Shown in pieces: positions 18,846 through 27,149 of a DNA stretch of 60,202 nt. Source of the DNA: an uncultured Bacilli bacterium (GTDB lineage Bacteria > Bacillota_I > Bacilli_A > RF39 > UBA660); the NCBI GenBank assembly GCA_944359085.1, contig CALVSQ010000002.1, positions 1-60,202 of the forward strand, given 5' to 3'. The notes under the pieces were generated by a model. It did no database searches, was not told the origin of the DNA, and worked only from the letters and a program-made list of their open reading frames with translations. Position 1 is the first letter of the stretch, and every line of letters begins with the position of its first letter. The position numbers were made by a program, and so were the translations under genes.

Positions 18846-20435
18846 ATGAATAGAAAGGCATTTACATTAATAGAATTATTAGCAGTAATTATAATATTAG
18901 CTATAGTAGCATTAATAGCTACACCAATAATATTAGATGTAGTAGATGATGCAAGAAAATCAGCAGGATTATCAGAATCAAATATGATATATAGTAGTAT
19001 AAATAATTATTGTGCATCAATAGAGATGAAAAAACAAATGGGAACATTAGGTAGTGAAGATGTAGATTGTTCAAGTAAAACATCATTTACAACTGCAGAA
19101 ATAAGTAAAATGGTTAATTTAGGAAAAGCTACAGTAGAATCAAATAGTTATGCAAATGGTAAATTAACAAATTTAGTTGTTATAAGCAACAAAAATAGAT
19201 ATGTATTATGTTCAAATGGAAGTATGGCATTGGAATCGGATGGATGTGAAGTATCAAAAGTAACATATAAAGATAATAGTGGAGCAAATTACCCAGAATT
19301 ATTAGATAATATGATACCAATAAAATATGATGGAAGTAGTTGGATTTATGCTGATATATATGAAGAATGGTATGATTATGATAAAAAAGAATGGGCAAAT
19401 GCCGTAGTGTTAAATAAAAATGTTACTAAAAATGTAGGAGATAGAATAAATGAAGATGAAATAGCATTATGGTATGTATGGATACCAAGATATACTTATA
19501 CAATATTTAATGGTAACAATGGAAATATAGATCCATTAGAAATACAAATAAAATTTGAAAGTGGAACAAATAGTAGTGGAACAGTAAAATGCGTAGATGC
19601 AGTAAGTGGAAGCGGTGATAGCAGTGAAACATGTACAGATGATGAAAATGGAAGTGTAACTAATAATGTAAGTACCTATACTCATCCAGCATTTACATTT
19701 GGAGAACAAGAATTAACTGGATTTTGGGTAGGAAAATTTGAAGTTAGTGGAAGTATTGACGAAATAACAATAAAACCCAATGTAAGTAGCTTAAGAGAAC
19801 AAACAGTATCAGCATTTTTTACAGCTATTCAAAATATGAGTACAACATATAAATTAAATGGTGATAGTCATATGATGAAGAATATGGAATGGGGAGCTGT
19901 AGCATACCTATCACATAGTAAATATGGAACATGTACCGATGGAAAATGTGTTGAGGTTGGAATAAATGATAGCAATAACTATTATACAGGTGGAGGACAA
20001 TCTAATGTATATAAAACAAATGTGAAACAATCTACAACACAAAATATCTATGGTATATATGATATGTCAGGCGGAGCATATGAATATGTAATGGGCAATA
20101 TGGTAGATAGCAGTGGAGAGTTTTATTCAAGTAGTGCAGGTTTTACTGAAAAACCAAATTTAAAATATTATGATGATTATACGTACAGTACTTCTGAATT
20201 AGTCCAAGGTCGCGGAAAATTAGGAGATGCTACAAAGGAAACATTAAAAACATTTGGAATTGTTAGTGGTGGATGGTATGATGATACGGCAGGATTTCCA
20301 GATTTTTTTAATCGCCCATGGTTTTCAAGAGGTGGTTTATGTACAAGTCCTAGGGCAGGTGTATTTGATTTTGTTGCTAACAATGGAGAAAATACTATTA
20401 ATGGTTCCACTCGTGCAATATTAGTAGCTAATTAA
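18846..20435 (+). CDS. large surface protein: prepilin-type N-terminus plus FGE/SUMF1-like (C-type-lectin-fold) C-terminal domain
   Basis: MNRKA/FTLIELLAVIIILAIVALIATP at the N-terminus. C-terminal motifs HMMKNMEWGAVAYLS, NIYGIYDMSGGAYEYVMG and WFSRGG recall the FGE-sulfatase motifs (EAEWEYAA, GLYDMSGNVWEW, RGGSW). I prefer ATG 18846, 8 nt after AGGAG, over 18840. Confidence 0.75.
   Translation: MNRKAFTLIELLAVIIILAIVALIATPIILDVVDDARKSAGLSESNMIYSSINNYCASIEMKKQMGTLGSEDVDCSSKTSFTTAEISKMVNLGKATVESNSYANGKLTNLVVISNKNRYVLCSNGSMALESDGCEVSKVTYKDNSGANYPELLDNMIPIKYDGSSWIYADIYEEWYDYDKKEWANAVVLNKNVTKNVGDRINEDEIALWYVWIPRYTYTIFNGNNGNIDPLEIQIKFESGTNSSGTVKCVDAVSGSGDSSETCTDDENGSVTNNVSTYTHPAFTFGEQELTGFWVGKFEVSGSIDEITIKPNVSSLREQTVSAFFTAIQNMSTTYKLNGDSHMMKNMEWGAVAYLSHSKYGTCTDGKCVEVGINDSNNYYTGGGQSNVYKTNVKQSTTQNIYGIYDMSGGAYEYVMGNMVDSSGEFYSSSAGFTEKPNLKYYDDYTYSTSELVQGRGKLGDATKETLKTFGIVSGGWYDDTAGFPDFFNRPWFSRGGLCTSPRAGVFDFVANNGENTINGSTRAILVAN
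19267..20279 (+). repeat. ~1.0-kb dispersed direct repeat, copy 1 (partner 36024-37036)
   Basis: The two 1013-nt segments align without gaps and with high nucleotide similarity by eye. They encode the shared YKDNSGAN...SGGWY module. Confidence 0.85.
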
Positions 20436-20442
20436 AAATAAT

Positions 20443-20467
20443 AGATATAGAAATATATCTTTTTTTT
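20443..20467 (+). terminator. intrinsic terminator after pilin-like gene B
   Basis: AGATATA-GAAA-TATATCT followed by T7. Confidence 0.75.
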
Positions 20468-20494
20468 GCAATCTCTTTCTTTTCATGATATAAT
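20466..20494 (+). promoter_or_regulatory. strong sigma-A-type promoter placed for a leaderless transcript
   Basis: TTGCAA-17 nt-TATAAT with an extended TGa. Only 7 nt separate the -10 element from ATG 20502, and there is no SD sequence. Confidence 0.5.
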
Positions 20495-20501
20495 TTTAAG
20501 T

Positions 20502-21134
20502 ATGAAATATGTAATTGATGGTATAGAATATGATGTTATAATAAATAAAAAAAACAACAAAAATACTTATATAAGAATAAAAGATAATAGTATATATATA
20601 ACTACTAATTATTTTGTTAGTAAACATTATATTAAAGGTTTATTAGATAATAATTATGAAGTAATTAAAAAAATGTTACAAAAACAAAGTAAAAAGTTAG
20701 AAAGGAACGAAAATTTTTATTTTTTAAATAAAAAGTATGATGTTATTATTGTTAATACTTTAGATATTGAAATAACTGATGATAAAATATTTGTAAAAAG
20801 TATTGATTATTTAAATAAATGGTTAAAGAAAAAAACTAGTGAAATATTTAAAAGTAGATTAGATTATCTTTATAATAATTATAAAGAAAAAATACCTTAT
20901 CCTACTTTAAGAATAAGAAGTATGAAAACTAGATGGGGTGTTTGTAATAGAAAAAATAATACTGTTACTTTAAATAGTGAATTAATTAAATATGGTTATG
21001 ACCAAATTGATTATGTAATTATTCATGAATTAAGTCATTTTATTCATTTTGATCATTCTAAAAATTTTTGGTTGCAAGTTTCTAAATATTGTCCAAATTA
21101 TAAGGAAATAAGAAAATCATTAAAAGAGGGTTAA
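20502..21134 (+). CDS. YgjP/DUF45-type (WLM-like) zinc metallohydrolase
   Basis: HELSHFIHFDHSKNFW is an HExxH motif in the C-terminal region, and TRWGVC lies upstream of it. Confidence 0.75.
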   Translation: MKYVIDGIEYDVIINKKNNKNTYIRIKDNSIYITTNYFVSKHYIKGLLDNNYEVIKKMLQKQSKKLERNENFYFLNKKYDVIIVNTLDIEITDDKIFVKSIDYLNKWLKKKTSEIFKSRLDYLYNNYKEKIPYPTLRIRSMKTRWGVCNRKNNTVTLNSELIKYGYDQIDYVIIHELSHFIHFDHSKNFWLQVSKYCPNYKEIRKSLKEG

Positions 21135-21138
21135 ATTT

Positions 21139-21531
21139 ATGAAAAAATTATTAGTTTTGTTATGTTTTTTATTAGTAGGATGTAGTAATAGTGTTTATGA
21201 TGATTATGTTAAAGAATTAAAAAATAGTGAAGCATCTAGTGAAATTCCTTTTGATATTGAATTTAATATTGATAATGTTAATGAAAATAGAATAATTTAT
21301 CAAGTTATAATTGATAACCCTAAAGTAGATGCTAGTAATGTTAAAGCATTAGTTATTCATGATGCTAAAACAGAAGATATTTTTCCAAGTGTGGGAATAG
21401 TAGATGAAACAATTAATTTAAATGAACAAAAAGGAATTATTTTAATGGGATATATTAATAAAACAGAAGATATTAATTTTAAGGTTTTAATAGAGACTGA
21501 TCAAAAATATATATATACTTACAATTATTGA
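21139..21531 (+). CDS. lipoprotein (hypothetical)
   Basis: MKKLLVLLCFLLVGCSN contains a lipobox. Confidence 0.6.
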   Translation: MKKLLVLLCFLLVGCSNSVYDDYVKELKNSEASSEIPFDIEFNIDNVNENRIIYQVIIDNPKVDASNVKALVIHDAKTEDIFPSVGIVDETINLNEQKGIILMGYINKTEDINFKVLIETDQKYIYTYNY

Positions 21532-21576
21532 CATTATTAATAAATTGTTTATTATAAAATATAATTGGTGAATAAT

Positions 21577-21744
21577 ATGCAAGTAAAAATATTTGATGAA
21601 GGTCATGAAAAAGATTTAGAAGAAAGTGTTAATAATTTTATTAAAGATAAAGAAATATTAGATATTAAATATCAAGTGGCAATTAGTATAGTAGGGGAAG
21701 AACAATTATATTGTTTTTCAGCAATGATAGTTTATAGGAAGTGA
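21577..21744 (+). CDS. cse60: Cse60-like small sporulation protein
   Basis: Not in the ORF track (55 aa). MQVKIFDEGHEKDLEESVNNFIKDKEILDIKYQV... resembles the B. subtilis Cse60/YteV N-terminus (recalled from memory). GGTGA lies upstream. Confidence 0.55.
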   Translation: MQVKIFDEGHEKDLEESVNNFIKDKEILDIKYQVAISIVGEEQLYCFSAMIVYRK

Positions 21745-23372
21745 TTAGTTTGAAAAAAAATAGTTTTGTTGAAGGAGCGGTAATTTCAACAATAGGAATA
21801 GTTTTATGTAAAATTTTAGGAATAATTTATGTTATTCCTTTTAGGGCAATAATAGGAACACAAGGGGCTATATTGTATAGTTATGCTTATACAATATATG
21901 CAGTTTTTGCCTCATTATCATCAACGGGTATTCCTAGCGCAATGGCTAAAGCTGTAAGTGAATATAATACTTTAGGTTATTATAATGCGCAAGAACGGGC
22001 CTATAAAATTGGTAAATATATTATAGTTATTTTAGGAATAATTTGTTTTTTAGTTTTATTTATATTCGCACCCCAAATATCATATTTGATAATAGGTGAT
22101 ATTGAAGGTGGTAATAGCATAGAAGATATAACATTTGTTATTAGAGTTATATCAACTGCTTTATTATTTATTCCTATTTTAAGTGTTAGTAAGGGATATG
22201 TGCAAGGACATAGAATGATGGCTGTTCCTGCTATAGCCAATGTAATAGAACAATTAATAAGAGTTATTGTAATAGTAGGTGGAAGTTATTTAACTTTAAA
22301 AGTATTTAATCTATCAATAACAACAGCAGTAGGAGTAGCTACTTTTGGAGCAACTGCTGGAGCTTTAGTAGCATACTTATATATAATTAATAAAATAAAT
22401 AAAAGTAGAGAAGAATTAAAAAGAGATGAAAAGCCTAAAAAAGAAGAAGCGAAATTAACTAACAAAGTTATTTTTAAAAGGATAGTTATTTATTCATTGC
22501 CATTTATTTTGATTGAATTTATTAGATCAATTTATAATACTGTTGATGTTTTTACCGTTGTTAAAGGATTAGTTAATTTAGGATATGATGTTAATACTGC
22601 TGAAAATGTTTTAAGTATTGTAACTACTTGGGGATCTAAATTAAATATGATTATTTTAGCGATAACATTTGGTCTTACTATGAGTATTATTCCAAATATC
22701 GTAAGAAGTGCTACTTTAAAAGATTATAAAGATGTATCAATCAAAATAAATCAGTCATTAAAAATAATATTATATACAGCTTTACCAATGACTTTAGGTA
22801 TTTGGTTTTTATCTTGTAGTGTTTGGACAATATTTTATGGTTATGATAAGTTGAGTGTCGATGTATTTAGCTTTTATATATTACAGTCAGTTATTAATTC
22901 ATTTTTCTATGTATTAGTTGATACTACTAATGCTTTGGATAAGCCTAAAATAGCTTTAGGCACATTATTAGGAAGTTTTATTTTAAAAGCAATATTAAAT
23001 GTTCCAATGATGTATTTTGTAAAATTTCTTGGATTTGATGCTTATTATGGAACAATCGTAACTACAATATTAGTTCAATTTTTGGCAGTAATTTATTTGT
23101 TATATAAATTAAATAAAGTTTATAAAGTTAATTACAAAAGTAGTATTGTTCCAGCAATAAAAATAATTCTTATGAATGGAATAATGTTATTAAGCATAAT
23201 GATTGTAAGATTATTTTTAGGTACTTTTGAACCAACTAGACTATGGTCTTTATTAGAAATAATAATATATGCTTTAATTGGTGGAGTTATTTATTTAGTT
23301 TTATCAATTAAAAATAATATGCTAGAAGAAGTATTTGGTAAACAATTTATAAAAAAGATATTTAGGAGGTAA
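21741..23372 (+). CDS. MOP-superfamily flippase (MurJ/SpoVB-like polysaccharide biosynthesis protein)
   Basis: About 14 TM segments. The N-terminus FVEGAVISTIGIVLCKILG..Y.IPF is typical of the SpoVB/YtgP group. The start is uncertain (GTG 21741 or TTG 21750). Confidence 0.75.
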   Translation: MISLKKNSFVEGAVISTIGIVLCKILGIIYVIPFRAIIGTQGAILYSYAYTIYAVFASLSSTGIPSAMAKAVSEYNTLGYYNAQERAYKIGKYIIVILGIICFLVLFIFAPQISYLIIGDIEGGNSIEDITFVIRVISTALLFIPILSVSKGYVQGHRMMAVPAIANVIEQLIRVIVIVGGSYLTLKVFNLSITTAVGVATFGATAGALVAYLYIINKINKSREELKRDEKPKKEEAKLTNKVIFKRIVIYSLPFILIEFIRSIYNTVDVFTVVKGLVNLGYDVNTAENVLSIVTTWGSKLNMIILAITFGLTMSIIPNIVRSATLKDYKDVSIKINQSLKIILYTALPMTLGIWFLSCSVWTIFYGYDKLSVDVFSFYILQSVINSFFYVLVDTTNALDKPKIALGTLLGSFILKAILNVPMMYFVKFLGFDAYYGTIVTTILVQFLAVIYLLYKLNKVYKVNYKSSIVPAIKIILMNGIMLLSIMIVRLFLGTFEPTRLWSLLEIIIYALIGGVIYLVLSIKNNMLEEVFGKQFIKKIFRR

Positions 23373-23374
23373 GA

Positions 23375-24373
23375 ATGAAAATATTAGTAACTGGTGGATG
23401 TGGTTTTATTGGAAGTCACACATGTTGTGAATTATTAGATAATGATTATGAAGTAGTTGTTATTGATAATTTATCTAATTCCAAAGAAGATGTAATAGAT
23501 AAAATTAAAAAAATAACAAATAAAGATTTAAAATTTTATAAAGGTGATTTATGCGATAAAGAATTAGTCGATAAAATATTTAAAACTGAAAATATTGATG
23601 CTGTAATTCATTTTGCAGGATTAAAAGCAGTAGGAGAAAGTGTTAAAAAACCTTTATTATATTATCGTAATAATATTGATTCAACTTTAACTTTATTAGA
23701 AGTTATGAGCAAATATAATTGTAAAAAATTAGTTTTTTCTTCAAGCGCTACTGTTTATGGTAATCCTAAAACGTTACCAATAAAAGAAGATTTTCCATTA
23801 CAAACAACTAATCCTTATGGTTCAACAAAATTATATATTGAAGGTATTTTAAAGGATTTATATAATTCAGATAACGAATGGAGTATTGCTGTATTAAGAT
23901 ATTTTAATCCGATTGGAGCTCATAAAAGTTATTTAATTGGAGAAAATCCTAATGATATACCAAATAATTTAATGCCTTATATTGTTAAAGTTGCAACTAA
24001 AAAATTAGAACAATTAAGTATATTTGGTAATGATTATAATACTGTTGATGGCACTGGTGTTAGAGATTATATTCATGTTGTTGATTTGGCTATTGGTCAT
24101 ATAAAAGCTATTGAATTAATCAATAAAGAAAAAGGAATTGATTTTTATAATTTAGGTACAGGTCATGGATATAGTGTTTTAGAAATAGTTAAAACATTTG
24201 AAAGAGTTAATAATATTAAAGTAAATTATAAAATTACTAATCGTAGACCTGGTGATATAGATGCATGTTATGCTGATTGTTCATATGCATTAAAAAAATT
24301 AAATTTTAAAGCAACTAAAACAATAGAAGAAATGGTGAAAGATTCATATGAATATGCTAAAAGAAATTCCTAA
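23375..24373 (+). CDS. galE: UDP-glucose 4-epimerase
   Basis: VTGGCGFIGSH, SSSATVYG, YGSTK and RYFNPIGAH motifs. Confidence 0.9.
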   Translation: MKILVTGGCGFIGSHTCCELLDNDYEVVVIDNLSNSKEDVIDKIKKITNKDLKFYKGDLCDKELVDKIFKTENIDAVIHFAGLKAVGESVKKPLLYYRNNIDSTLTLLEVMSKYNCKKLVFSSSATVYGNPKTLPIKEDFPLQTTNPYGSTKLYIEGILKDLYNSDNEWSIAVLRYFNPIGAHKSYLIGENPNDIPNNLMPYIVKVATKKLEQLSIFGNDYNTVDGTGVRDYIHVVDLAIGHIKAIELINKEKGIDFYNLGTGHGYSVLEIVKTFERVNNIKVNYKITNRRPGDIDACYADCSYALKKLNFKATKTIEEMVKDSYEYAKRNS

Positions 24374-25298
24374 AGTAGAATTACACGTTCACTTAGATGG
24401 ATCAGTTAGATATGAAACTTTAAAAGAATTTAAAAATATAACAAAAGAAGATGTAATGTGTAATAATTGTAAAAATTTATCTGAATATTTAACTAAATTT
24501 GAATTACCAATAGAAATAATGCAAACAAAAGAAATGTTAACAAGAGTTGCTAAAGAATTAGTAGAAGATTTAAAAAAAGATAATGTTATATATGCAGAAG
24601 TCAGATTTGCTCCTGTTTTACACACTAAATATTTATCTTTAGAAGAAGTGGTTGAAGCGGTATTGTTAGGATTAAAAGATAAAGATTTAAAAGTTAATTT
24701 GATATTGTGTATGATGCGAAATAGTAATTTTATAGAAAACAAAAAAATTATTGATTTAACATACAAATATTTAAATAAAGGTGTAGTAGCTATTGACTTA
24801 GCAGGTGATGAAAAAAATTATAAAACAAATAATTTTAAAGATTTATTTAAAATAATTAATGACTTAAAAATACCATTTACTATTCACGCAGGAGAAGCTG
24901 ATGGAATTGATAGTATTTTAAGTGCTATTAATTTTAATGCTAAAAGAATAGGCCATGGAGTTAGATGTATTGAAGATGAAAAAATTATAAATTTAATTAA
25001 AGAAAAAAATATAACTTTAGAAGTATGTCCTACTAGTAATGTTGATACCAATATATGTGAATATTTTGATCATCCAATAAAACAATTATATGATCAAGAT
25101 GTTTTAGTAACTATCAACACCGATAATAGAACTGTATCTAATATAACGTTAACCGAAGAATATGAAAAATTAAATAAATATTTTAATTTTGGAATAGAAG
25201 ATTTTAAAAAACTAAATATTAATGCTATTAATGCATCATTTTTAAGTGAAGAAGAAAAAAGTAAATATATAAATAAATTTTATAAAACTATGAATTAA
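24348..25298 (+). CDS. add: adenosine deaminase
   Basis: ELHVHLDGS, HAGE and TINTDN (the SxNTDDP region) motifs. Confidence 0.85.
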   Translation: MNMLKEIPKVELHVHLDGSVRYETLKEFKNITKEDVMCNNCKNLSEYLTKFELPIEIMQTKEMLTRVAKELVEDLKKDNVIYAEVRFAPVLHTKYLSLEEVVEAVLLGLKDKDLKVNLILCMMRNSNFIENKKIIDLTYKYLNKGVVAIDLAGDEKNYKTNNFKDLFKIINDLKIPFTIHAGEADGIDSILSAINFNAKRIGHGVRCIEDEKIINLIKEKNITLEVCPTSNVDTNICEYFDHPIKQLYDQDVLVTINTDNRTVSNITLTEEYEKLNKYFNFGIEDFKKLNINAINASFLSEEEKSKYINKFYKTMN

Positions 25299-25387
25299 CA
25301 TAGTTTTTTTACATATTAATTACATGATAAATCAAAAACAATAGATAAAATTTAAGACTTATGATATAATGTTGTTAGGGTGTAATT

Positions 25388-26407
25388 ATGAATATATATG
25401 ACTATACAATTAAACAATTAGAAGACTATTTCATAAGTAAAGGTGAAAAAAAATTTAAAGCTGTTCAAGTATTTGAATGGCTATATCAAAAAAGAGTAAA
25501 ATCATTTGATGAAATGACTAATATAAAAAAAGAAGTTATTAGTTATTTAAAAGAAGATTTTAAAATAAATAGTTTAAAAATATTAACAAAACAAGAAGAT
25601 GTTGATGTAATTAAATATTTATTTAAATTAGAAGATAATAATAAAATTGAAGCGGTATTAATGAAACATGATTATGGTAATTCTTTATGTGTATCTAGTC
25701 AAGTTGGATGTAATATGGGTTGTAAATTTTGTGAAAGTGGTAGACTAAAAAAAGTAAGAAATTTAAATACTAGTGAAATGGTTTTACAATTACTAAAAAT
25801 AGAAGAAGATTTAAATATAAGAATATCACATTTAGTTTTAATGGGTATTGGTGAACCATTTGACAATTATGAAAATGTTATAAAATTTATAGATATAATT
25901 AATACACCTAAGGGAATTGCTTTAGGAAGTAGACATATAACAGTATCTACTTGTGGGATAATTCCTAAAATAAAAGAATTTATTAAAGATGGAAAACAAG
26001 TTAATTTGGCTATATCTTTACATGCTTCTAATGATAAATTAAGGAATCAATTAATGCCAATAAATAAGGTTTATAAATTAGATGATTTAATGGAAACAAT
26101 AAAAGAATATATTAAACAAACTAATAGAAGAGTAACATTTGAATATATTTTATTGAAAGGCATTAATGACAAATATGAAAATGCAGTTGAACTTTCTAAA
26201 TTATTAAAAGGTATGAATTGTTATGTTAATTTAATACCTTATAACGAAACTAGTTATATTGAATTTAAAAAAAGTGATCAAAATACTATTTTAAAATTTT
26301 ATGACACTTTAAAAAAGAACAATATTGGTGTTACAATTAGACGAGAGTTTGGTAAGAAAGTAAGCGCTGCATGTGGACAATTAAGAGCCAATTACAAGGA
26401 GGAATAA
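25388..26407 (+). CDS. rlmN: 23S rRNA/tRNA (adenine-C2)-methyltransferase, radical SAM
   Basis: CVSSQVGCNMGCKFCES is the radical-SAM CxxxCxxC motif. MGIGEP and a C-terminal SAACGQL are also present. Confidence 0.9.
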   Translation: MNIYDYTIKQLEDYFISKGEKKFKAVQVFEWLYQKRVKSFDEMTNIKKEVISYLKEDFKINSLKILTKQEDVDVIKYLFKLEDNNKIEAVLMKHDYGNSLCVSSQVGCNMGCKFCESGRLKKVRNLNTSEMVLQLLKIEEDLNIRISHLVLMGIGEPFDNYENVIKFIDIINTPKGIALGSRHITVSTCGIIPKIKEFIKDGKQVNLAISLHASNDKLRNQLMPINKVYKLDDLMETIKEYIKQTNRRVTFEYILLKGINDKYENAVELSKLLKGMNCYVNLIPYNETSYIEFKKSDQNTILKFYDTLKKNNIGVTIRREFGKKVSAACGQLRANYKEE

Positions 26408-26408
26408 T

Positions 26409-27149
26409 ATGGAATATGCTTATATAACCGATACAGGAAAAGTAAGAGACCATAATGAAGATAGTGTTATTATAAATGAAAATAAGATGGGTGAAGTATT
26501 GTTGGCAGTTGCTGATGGTATGGGGGGTCACTGTGGTGGTGAAATTGCATCTAGTATTGCTATATCTCATATCGGTGATAGATTTAGAAAAATAAGTTCA
26601 GTTGGAACTAAAGAAGATGCAATTAGTTTTATTAAAGAAATAGTAAGTGAAGCTAATGTGTTATTATATAAATATACAAGTGAACATAAAGAAAGTTCTG
26701 GTATGGGAACAACTATTGTTTTAGCTATCGTAACTAAAGATTTCTTATTATTTGGAAATATTGGAGATTCATCAGGTTACGTTTTAAAGAAAGGTAAGTT
26801 ACATAAAATAACAACTGATCATACTTTAGTTAATTTATTAGTTAAATCAGGTGAATTATCTTTAGAAAAGGCTAAAGAACATCCTAAAAAAAATGTTTTA
26901 ATGCGTGCTTTAGGTGCTACTAGTACTGTTGAGATGGATATTTTTGATGTTGAAAGAGATGTAGATGGAATTATGCTATGTAGTGATGGTTTAACTAACA
27001 TGTTAGATGAAGAACAAATTGCTAAAGTATTAACAGATAGTGATATATCAATTGATGATAGATTAAGAAAATTAGTTGTTAAATGCAATAATAGAGGGGG
27101 AACAGATAATATTTCAGTTGCATTTTTAAAGGATGGTGTAAATAAATGA
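26409..27149 (+). CDS. stp: PP2C-family Ser/Thr phosphatase
   Basis: NEDS, ADGMGGH, GDS, CSDGL and GGTDNIS motifs. The gene is coupled to prkC. Confidence 0.9.
   Translation: MEYAYITDTGKVRDHNEDSVIINENKMGEVLLAVADGMGGHCGGEIASSIAISHIGDRFRKISSVGTKEDAISFIKEIVSEANVLLYKYTSEHKESSGMGTTIVLAIVTKDFLLFGNIGDSSGYVLKKGKLHKITTDHTLVNLLVKSGELSLEKAKEHPKKNVLMRALGATSTVEMDIFDVERDVDGIMLCSDGLTNMLDEEQIAKVLTDSDISIDDRLRKLVVKCNNRGGTDNISVAFLKDGVNK

Noticed and set aside
19700-20435. Diversity-generating retroelement (DGR) targeting the FGE-like C-terminal domains of the surface proteins
   Set aside because: FGE/C-type-lectin folds are classic DGR targets, and the two paralogues do diverge at the C-terminus. However, there is no reverse transcriptase and no template repeat in the window. 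The differences between 20280-20435 and 37037-37186 are spread over all bases rather than confined to adenine positions.
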